Positions 38,048 to 47,348 of a stretch of 64,000 nt of DNA are shown here, in pieces. Within the stretch, counting starts at the first letter, position 1. Every line of letters begins with the position of its first letter. The stretch covers positions 288,001 to 352,000 of the forward strand of contig JBGAON010000001.1 of NCBI GenBank assembly GCA_044221725.1, written 5' to 3'. A model generated the notes under the pieces. The model did not search any database. It saw only the letters and a program-made list of their open reading frames with translations, and was not told the DNA's origin. The position numbers and the translations under genes were made by a program. This DNA is from Elusimicrobiota bacterium. GTDB taxonomy: Bacteria; Elusimicrobiota; Elusimicrobia; F11.

Positions 38048-39136
38048 GTGATTCGGTCAAAAGCTTTGGACATCCTGTTTAAATATGGCACGGCCTTTCT
38101 CTCGTGCGGTGTGGCGTATTTTTTTACGCAGGGCCTGCGGCCGTTGTTTGACACGCATTTCTTTGAATTCTTTCAGGCGGCTGTTGTCATCAGCGCATGG
38201 TACGGTGGGCGTGGGCCCGGTGTTGTGGCTGCAACTCTGTCATTTCTGCTGATTGATTATTTCTTCTTGCATCCGATCCTGGCTTTCACAATGAGTGGTA
38301 CCGACTTTTGGCGTCTCGTGATATTCGAACTGGTCGCCCTGCTGACGAGCTCGCTTAGCGGGAAGTTGAAGCGGTCCAACGCTCAGCTTGAAGCGGCGCG
38401 TCACGATCTCGAATTGCGGGTTGAGCAACGCACCAAAGAGCTATACCTCGCGAACGAGGTCCTTACAAATGAAGTGGCGCATCGGTTGGAGGCCGAAAAA
38501 GCGCTCTTGGACATCAGCAACCGGGAGCAGCGGCGGCTTGGTCAAGATTTGCATGACGGTCTGGGGCAAATTCTCGCCGGAGTAAAATTTATGACACGCG
38601 CGTTGCGGGAATCGCTAACGCAGCAATCAATTCCCGACGCCGAGAGAGTTGCCACCATCGAATCTCAGCTGCGCGAGGCGTTGTCCTATGTGGACACTGT
38701 TTCGCGTGGGCTTTATCCGGTGGAGCTTGAGGCGCATGGTCTTACGGCCGCGCTCCATGAGTTGGCGGAGAGAACTTCGGCCGTGTATTCGGTCGTTTGT
38801 AGGTTCCTTCTTCTGAAACAAATTTCTTTCGACGACGGGGCGCTCACGAATCATTTGTATCGTATTGCCCAAGAAGCGGTTATGAACGCGCTCAAGAGTG
38901 GCCACGCTCGTCGAATTCATATTCGACTTTTCGAACGCGACAACAAGATCATGCTGAGTATCGCCGATAACGGAATTGGCATTGGAAACGTGGCGATGCG
39001 CAAAGGAATGGGTATAAAAATGATGGAATACCGCGCTCGCGTAATTCAAGGAAAAATAAAGTTTCGTTCACGGCCGAACGGTGGCACGCTCGTTGTGTGT
39101 GAAATCCCGAAAGGAGCCTTAAATGAAAGCAGGTGA
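38048..39136 (+). CDS. Sensor histidine kinase (DUF4118 TM domain, HisKA_3, HATPase)
   Basis: EQRRLGQDLHDGLGQ, RIAQEAVMNA, IADNGIG, GMG. Confidence 0.92.
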   Translation: MIRSKALDILFKYGTAFLSCGVAYFFTQGLRPLFDTHFFEFFQAAVVISAWYGGRGPGVVAATLSFLLIDYFFLHPILAFTMSGTDFWRLVIFELVALLTSSLSGKLKRSNAQLEAARHDLELRVEQRTKELYLANEVLTNEVAHRLEAEKALLDISNREQRRLGQDLHDGLGQILAGVKFMTRALRESLTQQSIPDAERVATIESQLREALSYVDTVSRGLYPVELEAHGLTAALHELAERTSAVYSVVCRFLLLKQISFDDGALTNHLYRIAQEAVMNALKSGHARRIHIRLFERDNKIMLSIADNGIGIGNVAMRKGMGIKMMEYRARVIQGKIKFRSRPNGGTLVVCEIPKGALNESR

Positions 39137-39794
39137 GAAACCAAAACGCAGAATCTTTATCGTTGATGATCATGCGGTGGTTCGTGATGGTTTGCGATGG
39201 ATCATTGAACGGGACAAAGAACTTGAGGTTTGCGGCGAGTCGGCCGATGCCGAATCGGCTATCGCAAAGGTAAAAGAGTTTAAGCCCGATCTCGTTATTG
39301 TGGATGTTGCGTTACCGGGAATGAGCGGTATTGATCTCACCAAGGAGTTGCGCGCTCAATTTCCAGAGATACGAATAATTGTGCTCTCCATGTTTAAAGA
39401 AAATCTTTACGCGGAGCGTGCGCTACGCGCCGGCGCGAACGGATACATCATGAAAAAGGATGGCGGCGATAATTTAATCGCCGCATTGCGGCGCGTCTTA
39501 AGTGGTCAAACATACGTGAGCGAAGAATTCAACGAATATTTGCTTCAGAAAATTGGCGCCGGCGGATCCTCGCCGGTGTCGTCTGTAGACGCACTGACGA
39601 ACCGTGAGCTTGATGTGCTGCGGTTGATCGGCCAGGGACACAGTTCGAAGGAGATAGCCTCCCGTTTGGATATCAGTATGAAAACCGTCGAAGCGCATCG
39701 CGAGCATATTCGAGCGAAGTTAAAGATGAACACAAACTCGGAACTCGTGCAGCACGCGATTCACTGGGTCCACAGCGAGGGTGTGCCTCACTAG
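39123..39794 (+). CDS. NarL/LuxR-family response regulator
   Basis: IVDDHAVVR.G, LTNRELDVL, KTVEAHR..I..KL. Confidence 0.93.
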   Translation: MKAGEKPKRRIFIVDDHAVVRDGLRWIIERDKELEVCGESADAESAIAKVKEFKPDLVIVDVALPGMSGIDLTKELRAQFPEIRIIVLSMFKENLYAERALRAGANGYIMKKDGGDNLIAALRRVLSGQTYVSEEFNEYLLQKIGAGGSSPVSSVDALTNRELDVLRLIGQGHSSKEIASRLDISMKTVEAHREHIRAKLKMNTNSELVQHAIHWVHSEGVPH

Positions 39795-39876
39795 GCGATT
39801 TGCTTATTAAAAATAAGGGATTAATCATAATTACGTAACGCGTCTCCATTTCGCTATCTTGCCTCCCGTTTCAGAC

Positions 39877-39952
39877 TGCATACAACGACGTATGCATCAA
39901 AAAATCGAACGAAGGCGTTCTCATAATCAAAACTTATGAGAGCGCCTTTTTT
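39877..39952 (+). promoter_or_regulatory. ANTAR-type dual hairpin overlapping a leader terminator (amtB1 leader)
   Basis: TGCATAC-AACGAC-GTATGCA; GAAC-GAAGGC-GTTC; terminator AAGGCGTTCTCATAA..TTATGAGAGCGCCTT-TTTT. Confidence 0.8.
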
Positions 39953-39972
39953 ATTTCAGGGAGGACAAACAG

Positions 39973-41493
39973 ATGTTTACGTCGAAGAAGTTGTTGTTAA
40001 GCACGTTGTTTGTCGGCGGTCTTTGGTTGCTCGGGACGCCGACGTTGCACGCCGAGGAAGCGGCGGCTGCGGCTGTCGTTGATACGGCCAGTCAGATCGC
40101 CGACTTACAGGCAAAAGTGGCCGACAACAAAGTTGTGATGGACACGCTTTGGGTGCTCATCACCGGTATGTTGGTGTTTTTCATGAATCTTGGTTTTGCG
40201 CTTGTTGAGTCCGGTTTCGCACGCGCGAAAAATTGCGTCAATATTCTTTCCAAGAACTTCATTGTGTTCGCTGCCTCGGCGCTCGCGTTTTGGGTGATCG
40301 GGTGGGGCTTTATGTTTGGTGATGGCACCGGTTTCATCGGACTGAAGGGACTTTGGTTGGCTTCCGGTGCGGATAACAGCCCGGCAGCCGGAGACCTTTA
40401 TAAGGGTGTTTACAGTGCTATTTCCTGGACCACAGTTCCATTCTGGGCCAAGTTCTTCTTCCAGCTTGTGTTCGCAGGAACCGCCGCGACGATTGTTTCG
40501 GGTGCTGTTGCCGAACGAATCAAATACGGCGCTTTTATTCTATTCACACTGGTGCTTGTCGGCGTAATTTATCCGATTACGGGTCATTGGATATGGGGGG
40601 GGGGCTGGCTCGCGAAAATGGGATTTTGGGATTTCGCCGGCGATACTGCGGTTCACTCGGTCGGTGGATGGGCCGCCTTGGCGGGCGTCATTGTTCTCGG
40701 TCCCCGTTTTGGAAAATTTGGAAGCGACGGAAAGGTCAATGCCATTCCGGGCCACAACTTAACCTCCGGGGTCATTGGTGTTTTTGTGCTGTGGTTGGGC
40801 TGGTTCGGGTTTAATCCGGGTTCGACAATGGCGGCTGTCGCTGGTGACATTGCCCGAATTTGCGTCACCACAAACACGGCTGCTATTGCGGCGTTGCTCA
40901 CGTCCACCATCACATCGTGGTTGTACCTTGGTAAGCCAGATCTCGGAATGTCAATCAATGGTTGTTTGGCCGGTCTCGTCGGAATTACGGCTTCCTGCGC
41001 TTATGTGAGCGTTGGAAGTTCGTTTGTGATCGGCGCAATCGCAGGAATCTTTGTGGTGTTCGCCGTCGTGTTTTTCGACAAGATTAAATGCGACGACCCG
41101 GTTGGCGCGCTTGCCGTGCATCTGGGTTGCGGTGTGTTGGGAACGATCTGCGTGGGACTCTTTGCGCAGGACCAGTTTATGCCCAACACAACCGGAAACG
41201 GACTTTTATTTGGTGGGGGAACGAAGCTTCTTATGGCGCAGTTGACCGGTGTCGTGGCTGTCGGTGCGTTCGTTTTCGTTACCTCATTAATTACGTTTCT
41301 TGCGATCAAATACACCTACGGCCTGCGCGTATCGCTCGAAGAAGAAATTGAAGGTTTGGATATCGGCGAGCACGGACAGGTGGCTTATCCGGAGTTTGTT
41401 TCAAAAAAGGCGTCTCATAGCGCCATTCCAGTTATGATGAGTGCTCAGACGAACGTTGCGCCATCACGTGTACGAGAAGGGAGTTTGTCATGA
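39973..41493 (+). CDS. amtB: Ammonium transporter 1
   Basis: FFQLVFA, SGAVAER, HWIWGGGWL, DFAG..VH, WFGFN, DDPVGA..VH. Confidence 0.96.
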   Translation: MFTSKKLLLSTLFVGGLWLLGTPTLHAEEAAAAAVVDTASQIADLQAKVADNKVVMDTLWVLITGMLVFFMNLGFALVESGFARAKNCVNILSKNFIVFAASALAFWVIGWGFMFGDGTGFIGLKGLWLASGADNSPAAGDLYKGVYSAISWTTVPFWAKFFFQLVFAGTAATIVSGAVAERIKYGAFILFTLVLVGVIYPITGHWIWGGGWLAKMGFWDFAGDTAVHSVGGWAALAGVIVLGPRFGKFGSDGKVNAIPGHNLTSGVIGVFVLWLGWFGFNPGSTMAAVAGDIARICVTTNTAAIAALLTSTITSWLYLGKPDLGMSINGCLAGLVGITASCAYVSVGSSFVIGAIAGIFVVFAVVFFDKIKCDDPVGALAVHLGCGVLGTICVGLFAQDQFMPNTTGNGLLFGGGTKLLMAQLTGVVAVGAFVFVTSLITFLAIKYTYGLRVSLEEEIEGLDIGEHGQVAYPEFVSKKASHSAIPVMMSAQTNVAPSRVREGSLS

Positions 41494-41831
41494 AAAAAAT
41501 AGAAGCGGTAATTCGACCTGACAGTTTGGATGGTGTTATGTCGGCGCTCGAACAGAAAGGATATCCAGGAATCATGGTCACCGAAATCGAAGGTCACGGG
41601 AAACAAAAAGGTGTGAGCCAGCAGTGGCGCGGCCAAGAATACAAGGTGGACCTGCTACCAAAAGTGAAAATCGAGTTGGTGGTTGCGGACAAAGAAGCCG
41701 AAGACATCATCAGCACGATTATCAAGGTGACGAAAACCGGCAAGATTGGAGATGGAAAAATCTTTGTCACCAACTTAGCGGAAGCCGTTCGAATTCGAAC
41801 GGGAGAGCGCGGAGACAGCGCTCTGAACTAA
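41490..41831 (+). CDS. glnK: PII nitrogen regulatory protein 1
   Basis: MKKIEAVIRP, GKQKG..RG.EY, TGKIGDGKIF, RIRTGE. Confidence 0.95.
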   Translation: MKKIEAVIRPDSLDGVMSALEQKGYPGIMVTEIEGHGKQKGVSQQWRGQEYKVDLLPKVKIELVVADKEAEDIISTIIKVTKTGKIGDGKIFVTNLAEAVRIRTGERGDSALN

Positions 41832-41854
41832 GTCGTTCTTCATCAGCCGTAAAA

Positions 41855-41894
41855 TACCGGTCCTCTTGCGTATGCGGGAGGGCCGGTTTTTTTT
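41855..41894 (+). terminator. Intrinsic terminator after glnK1
   Basis: ACCGGTCCTCTTGC-GTAT-GCGGGAGGGCCGGT followed by a T run. Confidence 0.85.
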
Positions 41895-41909
41895 AGGAAA
41901 ATCTTCTGG

Positions 41910-41939
41910 TTGACATCAGCGTTTTGCTTATACTAGAGT
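41910..41939 (+). promoter_or_regulatory. Putative sigma70 promoter of amtB2
   Basis: TTGACA-N18-TAGAGT; the predicted start falls at the first leader hairpin. Confidence 0.55.
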
Positions 41940-41945
41940 CAGCGC

Positions 41946-42051
41946 GTACCCAACGGCGGGTACAAAAGATTTGCGCATACCGTGACGTGTGCATCGCAGT
42001 GTCGGAACGAAGGCGTTCTCAGCCATTAATTGGCGAGAACGCTTTTTTTTT
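41946..42051 (+). promoter_or_regulatory. ANTAR-type triple hairpin plus leader terminator (amtB2 leader)
   Basis: GTACCC-AACGGC-GGGTAC; GCATAC-CGTGAC-GTGTGC; GAAC-GAAGGC-GTTC; terminator GGCGTTCTC..GAGAACGCT followed by a T run. Confidence 0.8.
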
Positions 42052-42078
42052 GTCCAAACAAGGCAAAGGAGTTTAAAA

Positions 42079-43599
42079 ATGAATGTAATTAAGAGATTCA
42101 TCAAAGAAATGAAGAAGCCGGAGAAACGTAAGCTGTTTTATGCGTTTCTCGGCGCGAAACTAATTGCGGTCGCTTTGTTGTTCGGTATGTACAACTTGGT
42201 GAGACCGTATCAGGCCTCGAAAGTATGGGCAGAAGATAAGCCCGCCGTTACGGCTCCGGTCGCAGAGGCGCCGGCGATTCCGGCTCCCGCCGCAGCCACT
42301 CCGGAGACGCCAGCGTATATCAACCCGCTTAACACAATGTGGACGCTCATTACCGCCTTCCTTGTGTTTTTCATGCAAGCGGGCTTCATGATGTTGGAGG
42401 CCGGATTCGCGCGAAGCCGCGAGACGATCAATATATTATTGGAAGGTGTTATCGACACCTGCTTGTGCGGTATCCTTTTCTGGGCTTGGGGTTTTGCTTG
42501 GATGTTCGGTTCTGGAAACGGGTTTATTGGAAATCAATATTATTTCCTGCACGGTATTCCCGAAACGTATGGGACGACCGGCGTCGCTACATTGGCATTC
42601 TTCTTATTCCAATTTGCGTTTGCCGACTGTACGTCCACCATTACCTCGGGAGCGATGGTTGGAAGAACCGGATTTATTGGCGATTTGCTTTACAGCTTTA
42701 TCGTCAGCGGATTCATTTATCCAATTCTCGGCCATTGGGCGTGGGGACCGGACGGATTTTTGGCCAGCATTCATCCTGTGGCGTTCCGCGATTTCGCAGG
42801 ATCGACTGTGATTCACACGATCGGTGGAATGATCGCGTTGGCTGGAGCCATTGCCCTTGGTCCACGTCTTGGCCGCAAATTCAAGCGTGACGGTGGCGGC
42901 CCTATGCCGGGTCATGACATGACGATCGCAGCCGTGGGAACGGTCATCCTGTGGTTTGGATGGTACGGGTTCAATCCGGGAAGCACGCTTTCCGCAATGG
43001 ATTACATTGGTATCGGTCGCGTTGCTTGCAACACCACGCTTGCCGCGGTCACCGGTGGAATTGTGGCGCTCTTCTATGTTTATCCACGCACGAAGATCTG
43101 GGATTGCGGCATGACCTGCAACGGTATTCTCGCGGGTCTCGTGGCGATCACTTGTCCTTGTTATTGGGTTTCTCCGGCCGGTTCAATTGTGATCGGCGCG
43201 GTGGCCGGTGTCCTCGTGGTAATTGGAACCGACGTTCTCGAGTATCTTCGCATTGACGATCCGGTCGGTGCGTTCCCTGTGCACGGTATCAATGGAATCT
43301 GGGGCACGCTCTCTCTTGGTCTCTTCGCGACGGGTCAATACGGTGTGCCGAGCGCGACGGGCCCGGATACGTCCGTTGTTATTAAAGGTCTGTTCTACGG
43401 CGGCGGTACCGATCAATTGGTGGCGCAGGTCATTGGTAATGGACTGATTGGCGGATCCGCTTTAATTCTGGGTCTGATTCTCATGTACGCCGTCAAATTG
43501 ACGGGCACGCTCCGTGTGTCTAAAGAAGGAGAATTGCAAGGAATCGACATTCATGAGCATGGTGGGTCAGCGTACCCCGAGCTCACGATCGGCGCATAA
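42079..43599 (+). CDS. amtB: Ammonium transporter 2
   Basis: FFMQAGF, FLFQFAFA, HWAWG, DFAGSTVIH, WYGFN, DDPVGAFPVH; SD AAGGAG before ATG 42079. Confidence 0.95.
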   Translation: MNVIKRFIKEMKKPEKRKLFYAFLGAKLIAVALLFGMYNLVRPYQASKVWAEDKPAVTAPVAEAPAIPAPAAATPETPAYINPLNTMWTLITAFLVFFMQAGFMMLEAGFARSRETINILLEGVIDTCLCGILFWAWGFAWMFGSGNGFIGNQYYFLHGIPETYGTTGVATLAFFLFQFAFADCTSTITSGAMVGRTGFIGDLLYSFIVSGFIYPILGHWAWGPDGFLASIHPVAFRDFAGSTVIHTIGGMIALAGAIALGPRLGRKFKRDGGGPMPGHDMTIAAVGTVILWFGWYGFNPGSTLSAMDYIGIGRVACNTTLAAVTGGIVALFYVYPRTKIWDCGMTCNGILAGLVAITCPCYWVSPAGSIVIGAVAGVLVVIGTDVLEYLRIDDPVGAFPVHGINGIWGTLSLGLFATGQYGVPSATGPDTSVVIKGLFYGGGTDQLVAQVIGNGLIGGSALILGLILMYAVKLTGTLRVSKEGELQGIDIHEHGGSAYPELTIGA

Positions 43600-43608
43600 G
43601 GAGATCCT

Positions 43609-43950
43609 ATGAAAAGAATAGAAGCAGTCATTCGGCCGGAAGTGTTGGATCTTGTTCGCCAACAGTTAGAAAAAGTGGGATATCCAGGAATCATGGTGAG
43701 CGAAATTAAAGGCCATGGTAAGCAGCGTGGGGTCAGTCATCAGTTTCGAGGAACAGAATACAAAGAGTATTTCTTATCCAAGATTCGGATTGAACTCATC
43801 GTCCCGGACGCTCAAGTCAAGAAATTGACCGACACGATCTCGGAAGTGTGCCGAACCGGCGAAGTCGGAGACGGTAAAATCTTCGTGACCTCTGTCGATA
43901 ATGCAATGCGTATCCGTACCGGCGAAGCCGGAGATTCAGCTCTCAACTAA
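43609..43950 (+). CDS. glnK: PII nitrogen regulatory protein 2
   Basis: MKRIEAVIRP, GKQRG..FRGTEY, TGEVGDGKIF. Confidence 0.95.
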   Translation: MKRIEAVIRPEVLDLVRQQLEKVGYPGIMVSEIKGHGKQRGVSHQFRGTEYKEYFLSKIRIELIVPDAQVKKLTDTISEVCRTGEVGDGKIFVTSVDNAMRIRTGEAGDSALN

Positions 43951-43960
43951 AAGTTAACAA

Positions 43961-44008
43961 TGGGAAAAGGACCCAAGGCAGAACGGTGCCTTGGGTCCTT
44001 CCATCCCA
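43961..44008 (+). terminator. Strong hairpin after glnK2 (no clear U tract)
   Basis: AAGGACCCAAGGCA-GAACGG-TGCCTTGGGTCCTT. Confidence 0.55.
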
Positions 44009-44146
44009 GCGCCTCCGCAGGGCCAATGACCGGCCATTCCAACCTGTAAAATTCCCATCAACTGATTTGTAGCGAACGGCGACCGATTCGCATTGAGCCA
44101 TGTCCGTGAAATAAGCTATACGAATGTCTTCACATTAAGCCAACCT

Positions 44147-44199
44147 GGAACAATGTCGTTCCCTCAGTATTACACGGAGAAACCAAGGGCGGGTTCTCC
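44147..44199 (+). promoter_or_regulatory. Candidate ANTAR-type dual hairpin upstream of the ion transporter
   Basis: GGAAC-AATGTC-GTTCC and GGAGAAACC-AAGGGC-GGGTTCTCC. Confidence 0.5.
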
Positions 44200-44233
44200 G
44201 GTGGCAAAACTAAAAAGGAAGTGTCATTCGCTC

Positions 44234-45811
44234 ATGGTCCAGTTATCTTCGAAAAAATTTTTGATTGGATGTGCGGTGCTCGCCGCTGTCATTTTGGCTT
44301 CACGAATCCCCGTTTCGCCCGCCTTCATTGGTGGAGAAGTTCTATTAACGATTGTTTGTCTATTCGTTTTTGGTTCGACGAAATACCAGCTCGACAAGAA
44401 CGCGCTCACCTACGGCGCTATTATGGTTATCGCCGCGAGTTTTGCGACCGGCTGGTGGCCTTCTTCTGTTTTGCGGTCGGAGCTTCACGCGGAGGGTGCC
44501 ACTGCCATATTTAAATTCATGCGTCACCATCTGTTCACTCTTCATGGTCTCGATGAACTGATTCACGCCGATACCATGCTTTTCATCCTCGGATTGACCT
44601 TTTTTGTTTGCGTCATCGCGCAAACTCGAATCTTGGAGTCCGTAAGCTTCGCGGTGCTCAGAAAAAATAAGGGAGCGGTGTTGCCGACCGTAGCGTTCCT
44701 CACGGCGCTCGTCTCGGTAGCGTCGGGGGTGTTGGACGGCGTTTCGATGATCGGGCTTATGATTCGGACTCTTGTGATCATTTTGTTTTTAGCGAAGGCT
44801 GAGGACGAAGGCGTTATTTTTGCGGTAATTATTTCGACCGTGATCACGACGGTCTGCGGCATGTGGCTTGCTTACGGCGAGCCGCCGAACTTGATCATGA
44901 AAGCGAATCTGGATCCGTTTCTTACCAATGGGTTTTTCATTCGCTACTGCCTGCCCGTGGCTGTTGGCACGTATGGAATTGTTTTCTGGAATCTGAGGAA
45001 GCGCTTGGCGAAGAAAAAAATCAACATGTCGATGGTTGATGAAGATATTGCCGATCGCCGGTTTTATCACGTGGCGCATTACGGTCAACTCGCGGACACG
45101 GCGCACGAAGAAAAAACGCAGGCGTCATCCGAATCTCCTGCATTTCTTGAAACCAAGCCGAAACGGATTCGAGCGCAGGCGATTGGTTACATTTCGTTCA
45201 TTCCATTCGTGAGCCTTTTGATTGCGCATGGGATCAATCACGAAATTCCGCTTTTTTTGGCTTCGGTTTGCGGGTTTGCTGTCGCTTTCATCGGTATCGC
45301 CGGCGTTCCAAAAATGAGGAAATTGGCGATCCGCGAAGCGATCCACGAATACAAAGAATATTTGTTTCTTTTTCCTCTTTTCCTTTCAATTGCGTTGCTG
45401 CAAAAGTCTGGTTTTTTCAAAGAAATGTCAGTGTGGTTGCATAACGGAATAGAGTCTCTTGGGACGTGCGTGATGGCGTTTGTCCAATTCACTGCCGCGT
45501 GTTTGTTGTCCGCGCTTCTCGATAACAACGTTGTCGCCGATTTTGCGAGCCGTGCGTTACACGGATTGGACGTAACTGTGCTTCACCTGTTTTCGATGGC
45601 GCAGATCGCTGGTTATGCGGCGGGCGGATGTTGGACGCATATTGGGTCGGCTCAATCGGTTGTTGCTTACGCGTTTATTCTAAAGGAAGTAAATCCAGCG
45701 TACACTCCTTTCCAATGGATTCGCGCAATGACGCCGGTTATTCTTCAGATTTTTGCGTTAATGGTTGGTATTATCTATCTCGAAAGTTGCTTCCTAAATG
45801 TCCTGCAATAA
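44234..45811 (+). CDS. IT-superfamily (ArsB/NhaD/NhaB/CitMHS-like) transporter
   Basis: Many TM helices; SGVLDG, GEPPNLI, SALLDNN, GG..T.IGSA; start uncertain (ORF open from 44093). Confidence 0.75.
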   Translation: MVQLSSKKFLIGCAVLAAVILASRIPVSPAFIGGEVLLTIVCLFVFGSTKYQLDKNALTYGAIMVIAASFATGWWPSSVLRSELHAEGATAIFKFMRHHLFTLHGLDELIHADTMLFILGLTFFVCVIAQTRILESVSFAVLRKNKGAVLPTVAFLTALVSVASGVLDGVSMIGLMIRTLVIILFLAKAEDEGVIFAVIISTVITTVCGMWLAYGEPPNLIMKANLDPFLTNGFFIRYCLPVAVGTYGIVFWNLRKRLAKKKINMSMVDEDIADRRFYHVAHYGQLADTAHEEKTQASSESPAFLETKPKRIRAQAIGYISFIPFVSLLIAHGINHEIPLFLASVCGFAVAFIGIAGVPKMRKLAIREAIHEYKEYLFLFPLFLSIALLQKSGFFKEMSVWLHNGIESLGTCVMAFVQFTAACLLSALLDNNVVADFASRALHGLDVTVLHLFSMAQIAGYAAGGCWTHIGSAQSVVAYAFILKEVNPAYTPFQWIRAMTPVILQIFALMVGIIYLESCFLNVLQ

Positions 45812-45841
45812 TTTTATGTTCGGCAGCGATTTTTCTACGAA

Positions 45842-46561
45842 TTGAAAAAGGCGAATACAAAATTGCGTCCGTTCCGATATCAAAAGGCCCCTTTGTCGCA
45901 TGCTGAAGGTTCGTGCATTGTCACCATGGGCGTCACGCAGGTTGTGTGCGTGGCGACCGTCGAAGACGGCGCGCCGAAGCACGCGGAAGAAAAGGGGACC
46001 GGTTGGATTACCGCCGAATACGCCATGCTCCCACGCGCCGGAGAGCGACGTAGCCCGCGCAGCAAAGTCACGAGCGGCGGGCGCGTGCAGGAAATTTCTC
46101 GTTTGATCGGTCGCTCGTTGCGCGCCGTCGTGGATCTCTCGAAACTCGGGCCCCGCACGATCACAATTGATTGCGATGTTTTACGAGCGGATGGGGGCAC
46201 GCGAACCGCTTCAATTAACGGTGGTTTTATCGCGCTCGTTCAGGCGCTTCGGCATCTGGAAAGGAAAGGAGCTTTGCCCGCTTGGCCGTTGCGCGACTTT
46301 GTCGGAGCGGTTTCGGTCGGGATTTACAAAGGACGCCCCGTTTTGGATTTGTGCTACGAAGAGGATAAGGATGCCGAAGCCGATGTGAACGTGGTGATGA
46401 CCGGCTCCGGCAAACTTATCGAAATCCAGGGCACCGCCGAAGGGCGTCCGTTTTCGCAAAATGATCTCCAAAATTTAATTCGGATCGCGCACCGCGGGAT
46501 TCGCCGTATTGTGCAGCACCAAAAGAAAACACTCGGTTCTTTGTCCGCAAAACGTAAATGA
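45842..46561 (+). CDS. rph: Ribonuclease PH
   Basis: AEGS, GWITAEYAMLP, EISRLIGRSLR, ADGGTRTASI, EIQGTAEG. Confidence 0.97.
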   Translation: MKKANTKLRPFRYQKAPLSHAEGSCIVTMGVTQVVCVATVEDGAPKHAEEKGTGWITAEYAMLPRAGERRSPRSKVTSGGRVQEISRLIGRSLRAVVDLSKLGPRTITIDCDVLRADGGTRTASINGGFIALVQALRHLERKGALPAWPLRDFVGAVSVGIYKGRPVLDLCYEEDKDAEADVNVVMTGSGKLIEIQGTAEGRPFSQNDLQNLIRIAHRGIRRIVQHQKKTLGSLSAKRK

Positions 46562-47175
46562 ATTCCTTCCCATTGGACGAACTTGTGTTGGCCACAAACA
46601 ACAAACACAAGGTGACCGAGATCAGAGCCATTCTGCGCAAGGCGCGGATCAAAATAAAAGTGATGACGCTCGACGCGTTTCCGAAACGCCGGCCAACCGT
46701 AGAAGACAAAAACACGCTGCGAGGAAATGCGGGGAAGAAAGCGCGCGAAGTTGCAAAGCACACAAACCGATTGGCGTTGGCCGACGACACAGGGCTCTTC
46801 GTAAAGGCGCTGAGGGGAAAACCTGGGGTTTATTCCGCGCGATTCGCCGGACCGGGTTGCACATTTGACGACAACAACCGAAAAATTTTGAGGCTTATGA
46901 AAAAAGTGGCACCCAGCAGGCGCCAGGCCTCGTTTCGTTGCGTGGCCGCGCTCGCAACACCGAAAGGGGCCGTGGTCAGTGTGGAAGGACGGATTGAAGG
47001 AGCTATTGCAGTCGAGCCGCGGGGTATGCACGGTTTTGGTTATGACCCAATTTTCATGGTTCCGAAATACAGAAAAACTTTCGCTGAACTTGGCGCCTCC
47101 GTCAAAAACAAAATCAGCCACCGCGCCAAAGCATTTTCCGCTGTTCCATCTCTTCTGCGAAAAATCAAGAAATAG
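46558..47175 (+). CDS. rdgB: dITP/XTP pyrophosphatase
   Basis: LATNN.HK..E, LADDTGL, PGVYSARFAG, GFGYDPIF, KNKISHR. Confidence 0.96.
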   Translation: MNSFPLDELVLATNNKHKVTEIRAILRKARIKIKVMTLDAFPKRRPTVEDKNTLRGNAGKKAREVAKHTNRLALADDTGLFVKALRGKPGVYSARFAGPGCTFDDNNRKILRLMKKVAPSRRQASFRCVAALATPKGAVVSVEGRIEGAIAVEPRGMHGFGYDPIFMVPKYRKTFAELGASVKNKISHRAKAFSAVPSLLRKIKK

Positions 47176-47177
47176 TG

Positions 47178-47250
47178 CGTCCCCGGCAGGAATCGAACCT
47201 GCGACCCACAGCTTAGAAGGCTGTTGCTCTTCCAACTGAGCTACGGGGAC
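47178..47250 (-). tRNA. tRNA-Arg(TCT)
   Basis: GTCCCCGTAGCTCAGTTGGAAGAGC-AACAGC-CTTCTAA-GCTGT..GGTTCGATTCC..CGGGGACG. Confidence 0.95.
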
Positions 47251-47348
47251 AAAACCGACGGCAAAATCTAGCATTAGCATTGGAAAATAGAAATTCGAGA
47301 GGGAATTTTTCCCCTTGAAAGGCCGAGACGTTGCTGTTAAGCAATGGC

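Noticed and set aside
39877..39952. Glutamine (glnA) riboswitch or T-box upstream of amtB
   Set aside because: Their consensus elements are not visible; the hexaloop-plus-terminator layout fits ANTAR targets better
41989..42078. Longer amtB2 start at GTG 41989
   Set aside because: Lies within the leader hairpins and terminator; a strong SD precedes ATG 42079
44020..44036. Extra ANTAR hairpin GGCC-AATGACC-GGCC
   Set aside because: Loop is 7 nt and has no adjacent partner hairpin
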